This document shows, in pieces, positions 37,579 through 46,103 of a stretch of 64,000 nt of DNA. The DNA is taken from the NCBI GenBank assembly GCA_965214465.1, contig CBDCBX010000021.1:835843-899842 (forward strand), in the 5' to 3' direction. Under the pieces are notes generated by a model. It searched no databases and was not told where the DNA came from. It was given only the letters and a program-made list of their open reading frames with translations. Origin of the DNA: Acidobacteriota bacterium. GTDB lineage: Bacteria; Acidobacteriota; UBA6911; RPQK01; CBDAPI01. The position numbers were made by a program, and so were the translations under genes. The stretch's first letter is position 1, and each line of letters begins with the position of its first letter.

Positions 37579-38016
37579 TCAGGAATCGCGGCCGCCATGT
37601 CGAAAAGCCTGGTCGACCTCTATCTGGAAACCATTGGCCAGCGAATTGGTCTGGTTGGCCATTCCGACAACAGCCATCAATTCGGACAGCATCTCGTCGC
37701 TCATACCCTTTTTTCGTGCCGCAGCGGTATGGCTGTTGATGCAATACTTGCACCCATTGGTGACGCTCACAGCCACGTAAATCATCTCTTTGGTGAGGGG
37801 ATCGATTGCTCCCGGCGCCATCACCTCTTTGACACTATTCCAGGTCCGCTGCAAAAGCTCCGGCTGCACCGCCAGCACTTTCCAGAAGTTGTTGATCCAG
37901 TCAACTTCCCGGGTCGCCATGATGTCATCGTAAACTCGACGCACTGCTGGGATTGCATCCTCGTACTCGATCATGTTCACGGTAGCCATTGGGTTACTCC
38001 TTTCGTATTGAGGCAA
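37579..38016 (-). CDS. carboxymuconolactone-decarboxylase/AhpD-family protein
   Basis: It has the CxxxH-type motif (CKYCINSH) in an AhpD-like all-helical domain. Confidence 0.8.
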   Translation of the reverse strand: MPQYERSNPMATVNMIEYEDAIPAVRRVYDDIMATREVDWINNFWKVLAVQPELLQRTWNSVKEVMAPGAIDPLTKEMIYVAVSVTNGCKYCINSHTAAARKKGMSDEMLSELMAVVGMANQTNSLANGFQIEVDQAFRHGGRDS

Positions 38017-38449
38017 GCCGACGCCGCTTAAGACTGATCGTCTGTTTTCCAGATAGGTCCGTTACCTGTACCGCTTCAAACTTCCGAGCTTGCGTTTCAG
38101 CTTCCGATTCTCATCCACTTGCCTCAGTTGACGATCCAGAGGATTGACCGGCTTTGCCTTGCGTCCCCGCTTGCGAGGGGTCAAGGCCTGCATGGCGGCG
38201 CCAGGTCTGCAGATTTTGTTCCAGATGATACGCCCGGAAGATTATGGCGCCTACCCCAGTGTTCGCGAGTCTTGGAACGACCTTGGTGCCCTCACTTCGA
38301 TTTCCTCGTTGTATGACGCAAAGGCATGGTGCATGACACCGTGTATCTCTTCACCTTCCTGGTGACCCTGGACCTCCTGTGGTTTCCGTTTATTCGGTCC
38401 GCCTTGGAAACATTGAACTTGCGCCGATCCCAGGTCAACATGGGCCAGC

Positions 38450-38635
38450 ATGCTTTTGACCCTACTCAAGACCCTCCAGTCGACTCTCACCACCCACCGT
38501 TCACTGGCCCTTGAGAATCTTGCTCTGCGGCAGCAACTCGCGATCCTGCAGCGGAGCTCAAAACGGCCATGCCCCGGCTGCACCCACGGCTTCCTCACAG
38601 GTTGGATGAAGTTTTTCGGGGGGACAGCGGGGTAA
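38450..38635 (+). pseudogene. transposase N-terminal fragment (IS481/integrase-type leader)
   Basis: ...HRSLALENLALRQQLAILQRSSKRP... resembles the conserved N-terminal motif of a widespread transposase family. The ORF terminates after 61 aa, and no DDE domain follows. Confidence 0.35.
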
Positions 38636-38657
38636 ATCATTTGCGGCGCTTTATTTC

Positions 38658-39293
38658 CTATTGCTCGGCGCGCCGACGTTCGAGCTCCGTCAAATCTTCG
38701 AGAGCCCGCTGCGCCAACTCCGCGACATCCGGGTGGACGTCGTCGACCGCCAGTGTCAGGGCTTCGCGGGCTGCCTCTTCGTCGTCAATCCCGTCGGCCA
38801 TGGCACGCCAGATCGACTGGACGGCCTCGTACCGGTTACTCGCTTCCATGTCGAACACGGCAACCTTGGTCAATACCGCCACCGCGTCATCGTCTCGGTG
38901 CAGACCGACCGCATGGATCGCCTCGCCGCGGCGCTGCTCGTCCGGGTCCCAGAGCGCGGTCTCGGCCAATTCCGCGAACCGTTCATCGTTCGCCAACGCG
39001 GTGCGCTCCGGCGCCTCGGTCACGTGGTCGGCCTCCAGCGGATCCCCCTTAGCATCGTCGTCTTCGGGGGAATTCGTCGGCGCCCCGGTTGCGTCGACAG
39101 ACGACGGGGCGCCTTGGTCGCGCCTGGTCGGCTCAATCTTCGTGGCAGGCTCAACCTGCGTGGCAGACGGATTCGATCGCGCCTGCAGGGGCAACGACTC
39201 TCCCGGACTGTCCGCTGGCAGCGGCCGGCCCCGGGGTGACACCGAAACCGCCTTTGCCATCTCGGTTCCGGAAGCCGCGGGCTCAGCCTCCAC
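38658..39293 (-). CDS. hypothetical acidic protein with HEAT/PBS-lyase-like repeats
   Basis: The 211-aa ORF is in a very GC-rich segment. Its C-terminal repeats (AIHAVGLHRDDDAVAVLTKVA...) resemble HEAT-like repeats, and it contains an internal 18-bp direct repeat. This is a weak call. Confidence 0.3.
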   Translation of the reverse strand: MEAEPAASGTEMAKAVSVSPRGRPLPADSPGESLPLQARSNPSATQVEPATKIEPTRRDQGAPSSVDATGAPTNSPEDDDAKGDPLEADHVTEAPERTALANDERFAELAETALWDPDEQRRGEAIHAVGLHRDDDAVAVLTKVAVFDMEASNRYEAVQSIWRAMADGIDDEEAAREALTLAVDDVHPDVAELAQRALEDLTELERRRAEQ

Positions 39294-39663
39294 AAAGAGA
39301 CATGAGCGTGCCAGCTTTCGGGTCTCCGAAAGAGAGGGTCTCGGTGGCTCCCGGTCCTAACTCCACTTGCCCATCGGCCAGCGGCGTTCCATCGGGAAAA
39401 TACAGTTGGGCATCCACGGTAATTGTCTCCGTGGCGCTGGGATTGTTGATGGTAAATGACGTGGTGGACCCCCCGTTGACGCCCACCTGTGAAAAGTACT
39501 GGACATTGCTGCCGAACTGGCCCAGCAGGGAAGGAATACTCACCTCCCAAACCAAGACAATGGCCAGGATGTACGCAGCTCGAATCATGCTCTTTGCAAC
39601 GGTGGCGAGGGTGATGGTGGGAAAACAAGCTCTAAGGCTCATGGAGAATCCTCCTTTAGTCAA
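39283..39663 (-). pseudogene. truncated 5' copy (signal peptide + ~100 aa of N-domain) of the fibre-protein gene at 43821..45866, inverted
   Basis: MSLRACFPTITLATVAKSMIRAAYILAIVLVWEVSIPSLLGQFGSNVQYFSQVGVNGGSTTSFTINNPSATETITVDAQLYFPDGTPLADGQVELGPGATETLSFGDPKA is ~80% identical to residues 1-105 of the fibre protein. DNA identity is ~85-90% over ~340 bp. The ORF ends abruptly after ...GTLMSLCGG. Confidence 0.6.
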
Positions 39664-39680
39664 TAAGGGCGCGTATTGAG

Positions 39681-39725
39681 CCCGGGGACCAACCGCTGGA
39701 TTCGAGATCCAGTGGTCGGTAGAGG
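39681..39725 (+). other. tRNA 3'-half-like fragment (possible att remnant)
   Basis: CTGGA-TTCGAGA-TCCAG forms a T-arm-like stem-loop followed by a 7-nt acceptor-like strand TGGTCGG. No complementary 5' acceptor strand or D/anticodon arms are present upstream. Confidence 0.25.
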
Positions 39726-39973
39726 CTATGGGAGAGCACCACAGCAGTCAATCACACTGGAAGACAATGGGTTCCCGGCCCGGCGATTGTCACATCTGTG
39801 ACACCCCCTCAAAACCAAATTTTATGTGCCCCGAATACCCAAGCCTTTGCATAGACGGACGCCGGAGTACCCCCAAGACTATTTCAGGGCCAATATTCAC
39901 CCGGTGAAGCGGGCCAGCCAGCTGGACAAACAGCTGACCGGCCCTTGCCACCACAACCTTACTGGAGGTTGAG

Positions 39974-40466
39974 ATGACCAATTCAAGTTTACCCCTTAGC
40001 GGGAATCCACCCAACACTTACTCAATCAAGGAATTCCAGCTGCTGGTCCGGGACAAACCCGCGATCCCGGCAGAGATCCTGCCCTTTGTAGGTGCACCCT
40101 TTACTTGCAGTGTGGAGATTTTCAGACGGTTCCAGGGCCTGGCCACTATGCCAGTGGAGGCCTTCCTGGCCCTGCACCTCGACGGCAAAAACAGACTGGT
40201 AGGGCATGACCACCTGCAGCATAGGGTCCATGACGGCCAGCCTGGCCCACCCGCGGGACATATTCAGACCGGCCATTGCCAACCTGACAGCCGGTCTGAT
40301 CTTCGTGCACAAGCACCCCAGTGGTGACCCAGAGCCCAGCCAGTCAGACCTTGATATCACCTGCAGGCTGGGTGAGGTTGGTCGGGTGGTGGGAATCCGA
40401 GTGCTGGATCACGTGATCATAGGTCAGGACCGCTATTTCAGCTTTGCAGATGAGGGCGTGATCTAA
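39974..40466 (+). pseudogene. radC: RadC-like JAB/MPN-domain protein, interrupted by a 1-nt frameshift near 40207
   Basis: The first ORF encodes the RadC N-part (...LDGKNRLVGHD). The second ORF carries CSIGSMTASLAHPRDIFRPA...LIFVHKHPSGDPEPSQSDLDIT...VLDHVIIG, the HxHPSG JAMM motif. The two join as LVGHD|TTCSIG with a +1 frame shift. Confidence 0.75.
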
Positions 40467-40544
40467 CCCAACCTAAAACGAGCCCGCGGCACACAGTTGG
40501 CAAACCCGTCCGCGGGCTCAAGCAACACAGGGAGGTTATCCCCT

Positions 40545-40880
40545 ATGTCTCGTTCATACTATCAAGACTATTCCACCCGGCCGGGTCGCGGGCATCATTT
40601 CCATCTGCTGGCCCGGGGCTCCACTAACCCCAAGCTGAAAAAGCAGGCTGACCAGCTGGGTATCCTGCCCTTTGCCCTGTCCCTGGCACCCGCTACAGCT
40701 TCAGGTGCTGGTAACATCTGCCCACTGGCCAGTCCCGGCTGCAGTGCAGTCCGTCTGAACTATGCAGGTCGGGGGGGATGTCATCTATCCAGAACCGGGC
40801 ACTCACTTTGCCCTGTTCGTTTCCGAGTTGTTCCAAGACGCGGGTGTCATAGCACAGGCCGGGGTACAGAGGGTGTAAGA
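40545..40880 (+). CDS. small Cys/His-rich hypothetical protein whose frame is broken at a G7 homopolymer (~40771-40777); coordinates approximate
   Basis: It has a GGAGG RBS, then MSRSYYQDYSTRPGRGHHFHLLARGSTNPKLKKQADQLGILPFALSLAPATASGAGNICPLASPGCSAV.... After GGGGGGG the called frame becomes Arg/Gly/Cys-rich junk. A -1 shift gives the protein-like DVIYPEPGTHFALFVSELFQDAGVIAQAGVQRV-stop. Confidence 0.3.
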
Positions 40881-40988
40881 TTTGCAGGTCACAGCTGGAA
40901 AGGCCGGAAGGGATTCTACGCCTCAATGCCAATTTATCTCTTCAAGACTGCCAAGAACTGTGTGAACGAATTCCTTCGGTTTGCTGAG

Positions 40989-42041
40989 ATGGCGCTGCCC
41001 GAAGCCTTCCCCAAGGAAGAATGGGGGCGCTCCTGGTTGATTCCTCAGGTTGTCTTCCTTCTGATTCTCTTTTCTTCACCGCCAAACATGCTCCCAGCCC
41101 AAAGTGAAAAGGACGTTGCTACCTTGGAGGGGGCCGAGGCTCTCTGCCGGGCCGGAAGCGTCAGGAAAGCCCAGAAAAGCGAAGCTCCCTTTGTTTCTCC
41201 GCTTGAGAAGTGTCAGAGTCTTGAGTTCACTGAAGTACATCGGCTTGGACCTGGTCAGCCATTGTTCGGACATGTGCAAGGGCTTGAGGTCAACGAACGA
41301 TTCTTTTTTGTTACTTCAACCACCGAGAACAGAGACACGGCCTATCTATACGTCTATTTGCGCGAGGGCGACGAGCTTCGCCCGGCGGTTCAACAATACG
41401 ACCTCTGGAAAATTGCCAAAGATCTTGCACAAGACTGCGGCGCTTTGGAGGATGGACCTATGAACCATCCAAGTGGGATACATCTCGCCGGAGGTCTCCT
41501 TTACGTGGCCCTCGCACGGAGTGAGAACAGGGGGCCATCCTGCATCATGGCGTTGGATTTGACTGATCTCTTAGTTCCCAAAGTAGAACAGGCAATCCGG
41601 GTGGAGGATCACGTTGGAGCGCTGGTCCGACTCCACTACAACGATATCATTGGATTTAACTGGGACTCGGATGACTATTGGTGGCTGGAACTCGGTGCAG
41701 AGGATGTGTACCCTCAGCGCGCTACCGTCAAAGAGATGCTGTGGGGAAAATCCGCAGAGAAGTTGTACCTTCAAGACTGTGACCAAGACATTAACCTTGT
41801 TTTGTGCGGCCAAAACGGAGGTGGTGAGGACGCCCTGGTGAAGATCTACAAAGTGGGTGAGTTTGGACTCGAAGCCGCTACACTCGAACCTCGTGCCATT
41901 CGCATTCCACCTCTTGGCTCGGAGCGAGGTGGGACATACGAAGGACTCGCCTGGTACGATGGGCAGCTTTTTCTCATGCCCGACGACGGTGACCAGACAG
42001 GGGTGAATATCTACGAAGTCGGCTGTGTTCCTAGTTCTTAA
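40989..42041 (+). CDS. hypothetical membrane-anchored/secreted protein (~350 aa), lower-GC
   Basis: This is the C-terminal two-thirds of ORF 40497..42041. It has a start MALPEAFPKEEWGRSWLIPQVVFLLILFSS (TM/signal) and a beta-rich body (...NHPSGIHLAGGLLYVALARSENRG...). There is no confident family assignment. GC is ~50% versus ~60% nearby. Confidence 0.45.
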   Translation: MALPEAFPKEEWGRSWLIPQVVFLLILFSSPPNMLPAQSEKDVATLEGAEALCRAGSVRKAQKSEAPFVSPLEKCQSLEFTEVHRLGPGQPLFGHVQGLEVNERFFFVTSTTENRDTAYLYVYLREGDELRPAVQQYDLWKIAKDLAQDCGALEDGPMNHPSGIHLAGGLLYVALARSENRGPSCIMALDLTDLLVPKVEQAIRVEDHVGALVRLHYNDIIGFNWDSDDYWWLELGAEDVYPQRATVKEMLWGKSAEKLYLQDCDQDINLVLCGQNGGGEDALVKIYKVGEFGLEAATLEPRAIRIPPLGSERGGTYEGLAWYDGQLFLMPDDGDQTGVNIYEVGCVPSS

Positions 42042-42457
42042 CTACACATAGTCCCGAACAGTTTCTGAACCCGGTCCAAACCCGCCTCACTCGCCTGCTC
42101 AAACAGCTCCCGGTAGCTCTCGTCATACCAGCGGAACAGTCCGCCCTTAGCTTGCAGTGTGCCGTCCGTGCGCTCCCAGCCCGGCAGTCCCAGTGCGGTG
42201 CGGCCATCTCCAAGCGTTGCCGCTTGCGAACGCATTTCGGAGACATAGACTGGGGCAAAACCACACTCGTAAGGCTCAGAGATGTTGTATTGAGATCTCC
42301 ACGAGAGTACGATCAGGCTTTCTTTGCTCTGCTTCCGAATATTGCTGGTCCTGAGCGCATTCTCTCCACGTTCATTGGGCGAGTTCCTATCCAATAGAAG
42401 AGGGATCATAAAGATGAAAAGAAAAAAAGCCAGCGACTTCAATCCGAGGCTGCTCAA
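42038..42457 (-). CDS. small hypothetical secreted protein
   Basis: The ORF has an N-terminal hydrophobic segment ([14 protein letters not shown]). Its tail overlaps the dienelactone-hydrolase gene start. This is a weak call. Confidence 0.3.
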   Translation of the reverse strand: MSSLGLKSLAFFLFIFMIPLLLDRNSPNERGENALRTSNIRKQSKESLIVLSWRSQYNISEPYECGFAPVYVSEMRSQAATLGDGRTALGLPGWERTDGTLQAKGGLFRWYDESYRELFEQASEAGLDRVQKLFGTMCS

Positions 42458-43301
42458 CCTGTTTGACCGCTACGTTCACGGGCTGATCAGCCGTCGGGAA
42501 TTCTTGAACAAAGCATCCAAATTTGCGGTTGGCGGGGCGTCGGCAGCAGCGATACTGGAGAGTCTCAATCCCAAATATGCTGAGGCACAGCAAGTAGCTG
42601 AGGGCAACTCGAGACTCAAGACCGAGCCCATCGATTATCCGTCCCCGCAGGGCTCCGGAACCATGCGGGGCTACCTGGCGCGGCCGCTGGCCGCCAGCAA
42701 CAAGTTGCCCGGAGTCGTTGTAATCCACGAAAACCGGGGTCTGAATCCCTATATAAAGGATGTTGCGAGGCGGACGGGACTTGCCGGGTTTCTGGCCTTG
42801 GCGCCAGACGCCCTGACGCCTCTGGGCGGTTACCCGGGCAATGATGATGACGGTCGCAAACTTCAGAGCCAGCTTGATCGGCAGACCATGACGGAGGATT
42901 TTGTGGCTGCTGTAGTCTATCTGAAGTCCCATCCCGAGTGCACTGGGAAGGTTGGCGTTGTTGGTTTTTGTTTCGGTGGTGGAATGGCCAACAGGCTGGC
43001 GGTAGGGATCCCTGACCTTGCGGCTGCGGTCCCTTTCTACGGTCGGCAGCCAGCTGCTGAGGACGTGCCCAAGATCAAAGCTCCGCTCTTGATTCACTAC
43101 GCGGGTCTGGATAAGCGTATAAATGCCGGTTGGCCAGATTACGAGGCAGCGTTAAAAGCAAACAGTACTACCTACACCGCCTACATCTATGATGATGTAA
43201 ACCACGGCTTTCATAACGACACGACGCCTCGTTATGATGAGGCCGCCGCGGTCCTTGCCTGGCAACGCACCATCGATTTCTTCAAGCAAACGCTCCGTTG
43301 A
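42411..43301 (+). CDS. dienelactone hydrolase-family (carboxymethylenebutenolidase-like) protein, Tat signal
   Basis: MKRKKASDF...[21 protein letters not shown] is a twin-arginine signal. The DLH fold motifs are present ([33 protein letters not shown], catalytic Cys/Asp/His spacing). Confidence 0.85.
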   Translation, partial: KMKRKKASDFNPRLLNLFDRYVHGLISRREFLNKASKFAVGGASAAAILESLNPKYAEAQQVAEGNSRLKTEPIDYPSPQGSGTMRGYLARPLAASNKLPGVVVIHENRGLNPYIKDVARRTGLAGFLALAPDALTPLGGYPGNDDDGRKLQSQLDRQTMTEDFVAAVVYLKSHPECTGKVGVVGFCFGGGMANRLAVGIPDLAAAVPFYGRQPAAEDVPKIKAPLLIHYAGLDKRINAGWPDYEAALKANSTTYTAYIYDDVNHGFHNDTTPRYDEAAAVLAWQRTIDFFKQTLR

Positions 43302-43328
43302 AGAAGCAGATTCGCATGAGCCTGAGGT

Positions 43329-43740
43329 TTGACTGAGAGACTCTGGGAAGGTCCGCTGATCCCGGAAATCCTGGATTCCGTCTCACGCAAAGCGGTGAAG
43401 AAAGTTCTGCCCAAAGCACGAGACGATCTCTACGGGCCGGTATCTGAGTGCTGTCAGTGGCCGGGACGCCAACGGGATCCCTTAAGCGCAATACGGGTTT
43501 CGCGTCAGCGAAGTGTATCGGGGCGCCCCGGCCGCCCCCCTAATGCTCCGTCGTTGGGGGTCTTGGGACGTCCACTTGCGCCATTTTGTTGCCTTGGTAA
43601 CGTAGAAGTGACATATTCGCCAATACGAAAGAGCGCCACTTCAGACGATGAGGTGAATCTGCGAGTTCGCGTCAGCGAGCTGGCCAACCTCCACAAGGAG
43701 GACATCCAATGGCAGGAACGAAGGTTGAGGGCTTGAGCGC
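43329..43740 (+). pseudogene. decayed paralogue of the secreted protein gene at 47499..48134 (in-frame stop, indels)
   Basis: DNA at 43420-43540 aligns with 47600-47720. The homologous frame reads ...STGRYLSAVSGRDANGIP*AQYGFRVSEVYRGAPA... versus FTGQCLSVVSGLDANGLPYTQYSFHVSEMFRGVPAEQ. The called ORF 43329..43736 is in a different, non-homologous frame. Confidence 0.4.
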
Positions 43741-43820
43741 TTCCCGCGTGAGGCGAAGTCGGCAGCTGCGATCGATCATCTGCAGATCAGCCACATCTAA
43801 ACAAGATTGGAGAGATTCAA

Positions 43821-45866
43821 ATGTCCACTACTGAACGTTCCTCAAAAGCATTTACAAAGAGCATGTTTCGAGCCGGGTACATCCTGGCCATCGTCCTGGT
43901 TTGGCAGGCGAGTCTCTCTCCTCTGATGAGCCAGTTTGGTAGTAATATCCAGTACTTTTCGCAAGTGGGCTTAAACGGGGGGTCCACCACGTCATTTACT
44001 ATCAACAATCCCAGCACCACGGAGACGATTACCGTGCAGGCACAACTGTATCTTCCCGATGGAACGCCACTGGCCGATGGGCAAGTGGAGTTAGGGCCGG
44101 GAGGCACCGAGACCCTCTCTTTCGGAGACCCGAAAGCGGCCCTGACCTCAGGATGGGCTGAGCTGAAGTCCGATGACGCGTTTATCTCCACGGAGTTTTT
44201 TCAGTTATCTATTGCGGGCGAGCTCAAACCTCGGATCGGGGTACTGCCCAGTGTGGCAAGCAATGAGATCCGCTTCCTGGGATTCGTCAACCCGCAGTTC
44301 AAGTCTGGTCTGGCGGTCAGCAACCCGAGTTCTACGGAGGCAACTGAAATCACCCTGCGGGTCAAGGACAAGACAGGTCAGGAGCCTGTCGGCGAGATGA
44401 AAGTTGTGCTGGCTCCGCTGGAATGCGTAGCGGGCTTTCTGAACGAAGAGAAGTTTTTTGGAGCGGCGCTTAGTAACTATGAGGGAGTGGTAGAAATCAC
44501 TACCAATTCACCCGGTGTGGCAGCGCTCGCCGTGCTACAGGCGCCGAACGGAGACGTAACCACTGTGTCCGTTCTCACCCAGGATCATATCATCACCACC
44601 GAGACCAACACCGCCCTTGGGATCGGGGCACTCGTCTCCAACACCACCGGCTTTGAGAACACCGCCACGGGAGCCTCTGCGCTCGGCGCCAACACCACCG
44701 GTGAACGGAACACGGCCAGTGGAGACGAGGCGCTCCTCTCTAACATCGAAGGCAGATCTAACACGGCCAGTGGGGCCAGCGCGCTCGGAGACAAGACCAC
44801 CGGCAGCTTTAACACTGCCAGTGGGTCCAGTGCGCTCAGAGAAAACACCACCGGCAGCTCTAACACAGCCAGTGGAGCCCTTGCGCTCTTCTCCAACACC
44901 GAAGGCAGATCTAACACGGCCATTGGGGCCAGTGCCATGGAATCCAATACCACCGGTGAACGGAACACTGCCACTGGGGACAATGCGCTCGCATTCAACA
45001 CCGACGGCATCTTCAACACGGCCAGTGGGTTCGAAGCGCTCACATCCAACACCACCGGCTTCAGGAACACCGCCACGGGAGTCTTTGCGCTCTCCTCCAA
45101 CACAGAAGGCATCTTTAACACGGCCATTGGGGCCAGTGCGCTCACATCCAACACCGAAGGCATCTCTAACACGGCCAGTGGGGACGGTGCGCTCTTCTCC
45201 AACACCACCGGCAGATCCAACACGGCTGGTGGGGTCGTTGCGCTCGCAGACAACAACACCGGCAGCTCTAACACGGCGGTGGGCACGAGCGCGCTTCGTG
45301 GCAACACCACCGGTTCCTCCAACATTGCCCTTGGGTTTTCGGCAGGACAGGACCTAAGAGCTGGAGACAATAACATTTATGTCGGCAACCCTGGCGTGGC
45401 GGCGGAATCGAACACCATCAGAATCGGTGACGGCAGTATCCACACCAGTGCCTTCATCGCCGGTATCCCGGTCGCCGGGGTCTCCTCGAAGCGGTTCAAG
45501 GAAGACATCCGCGACATGGGACAGGCCAGCACCAGCCTGATGCAGCTGCGACCGGTCACCTTTCGTTACAGGAAGGAGTACGACGCCGGTGATCATCGGC
45601 TCCAGTACGGGCTGATTGCAGAGGAAGTCGCCGAGGTATATCCCGAGCTGGTCGTCCACGACGACACGGGCAGGGCTCGGGCGGTGATTTATCAGGAGTT
45701 GAACGTGATGCTGCTCAACGAACTCCAGAAACAGCATCAGGTCATGCAAGAGCAACAGGAACAGATTGAGCAGCAGCAGATGGTGACTGACAACCTGATG
45801 GAGCGGCTATCCCAACTAGAGGGCATCTTGACCCTCCAGGAGTCGCTCACGTCATTGACCGAATAG
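43821..45866 (+). CDS. secreted fibre-like protein: signal peptide + beta-sandwich N-domains + ~16 fifteen-residue Asn/Thr/Gly/Ser repeats + C-terminal peptidase-S74 intramolecular chaperone (autoproteolytic) domain
   Basis: The signal is MFRAGYILAIVLVWQASLSPLMSQ. The repeat pattern is SNTxGxxNTAxGxxAL. The C-terminus ...AGVSSKRFKEDIRDMGQASTSLMQLRPVTFRYRKEYDAGDHRLQYGLIAEEVAEVYPELVVHDDTGRARAVIYQELNVMLLNELQK... matches the conserved S-(D/K)-x-R-x-K-x-x-I ... YG-x-IAQEV-x-x-V-x-PELV ... V-x-Y-x-x-L core of endosialidase/tail-fibre chaperone domains. Confidence 0.85.
   Translation: MSTTERSSKAFTKSMFRAGYILAIVLVWQASLSPLMSQFGSNIQYFSQVGLNGGSTTSFTINNPSTTETITVQAQLYLPDGTPLADGQVELGPGGTETLSFGDPKAALTSGWAELKSDDAFISTEFFQLSIAGELKPRIGVLPSVASNEIRFLGFVNPQFKSGLAVSNPSSTEATEITLRVKDKTGQEPVGEMKVVLAPLECVAGFLNEEKFFGAALSNYEGVVEITTNSPGVAALAVLQAPNGDVTTVSVLTQDHIITTETNTALGIGALVSNTTGFENTATGASALGANTTGERNTASGDEALLSNIEGRSNTASGASALGDKTTGSFNTASGSSALRENTTGSSNTASGALALFSNTEGRSNTAIGASAMESNTTGERNTATGDNALAFNTDGIFNTASGFEALTSNTTGFRNTATGVFALSSNTEGIFNTAIGASALTSNTEGISNTASGDGALFSNTTGRSNTAGGVVALADNNTGSSNTAVGTSALRGNTTGSSNIALGFSAGQDLRAGDNNIYVGNPGVAAESNTIRIGDGSIHTSAFIAGIPVAGVSSKRFKEDIRDMGQASTSLMQLRPVTFRYRKEYDAGDHRLQYGLIAEEVAEVYPELVVHDDTGRARAVIYQELNVMLLNELQKQHQVMQEQQEQIEQQQMVTDNLMERLSQLEGILTLQESLTSLTE
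44590..45330 (+). repeat. in-frame degenerate 45-bp tandem repeats (15-aa units) within the fibre gene
   Basis: The periodicity is visible in DNA (…aacaccaccggc…aacacggccagtgg…gcgctc…). It generates long spurious ORFs on both strands (44585..45376(-), 44617..45357(+)). Confidence 0.8.
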
Positions 45867-46103
45867 TCGGCGAATCACTCCCACTTCGGGATACTTTCAG
45901 GCTGAGGGGAGCCCTCCGACTCCTCCCGGCTCTTCTGCAGGTTGATCTCAGACAGGCACCCTTGATTTCCTCGAACCTTCTCCACCTGGTCCGGGTGAAT
46001 CCTCAGGAAAGCATCGCCGCCACGATCTTGTGTTGGGTACAACTGTGACAGACTCCGCCTCTATTCTAAACCTCGATTCTCGCATTTTCTTAAGGTTCGG
46101 CCA

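Noticed and set aside
38569-39360. 263-aa Ser/Ala/Arg-rich ORF on the plus strand
   Set aside because: It is extreme low complexity. Its 5' end is the out-of-frame continuation of a transposase N-terminal fragment. The minus-strand frame is weak but more protein-like.
43329-43736. ORF-track 135-aa ORF between the dienelactone hydrolase and fibre genes
   Set aside because: The region is a decayed copy of the 47499 gene read in a different frame. The homologous frame has an in-frame stop, so the called ORF is fortuitous.
44585-45376. Long ORFs on both strands inside the fibre gene (44585..45376(-), 44617..45357(+), 45354..45755(-))
   Set aside because: They are generated by the 45-bp in-frame repeat periodicity. 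The sense frame has signal peptide, domain and S74 chaperone continuity.
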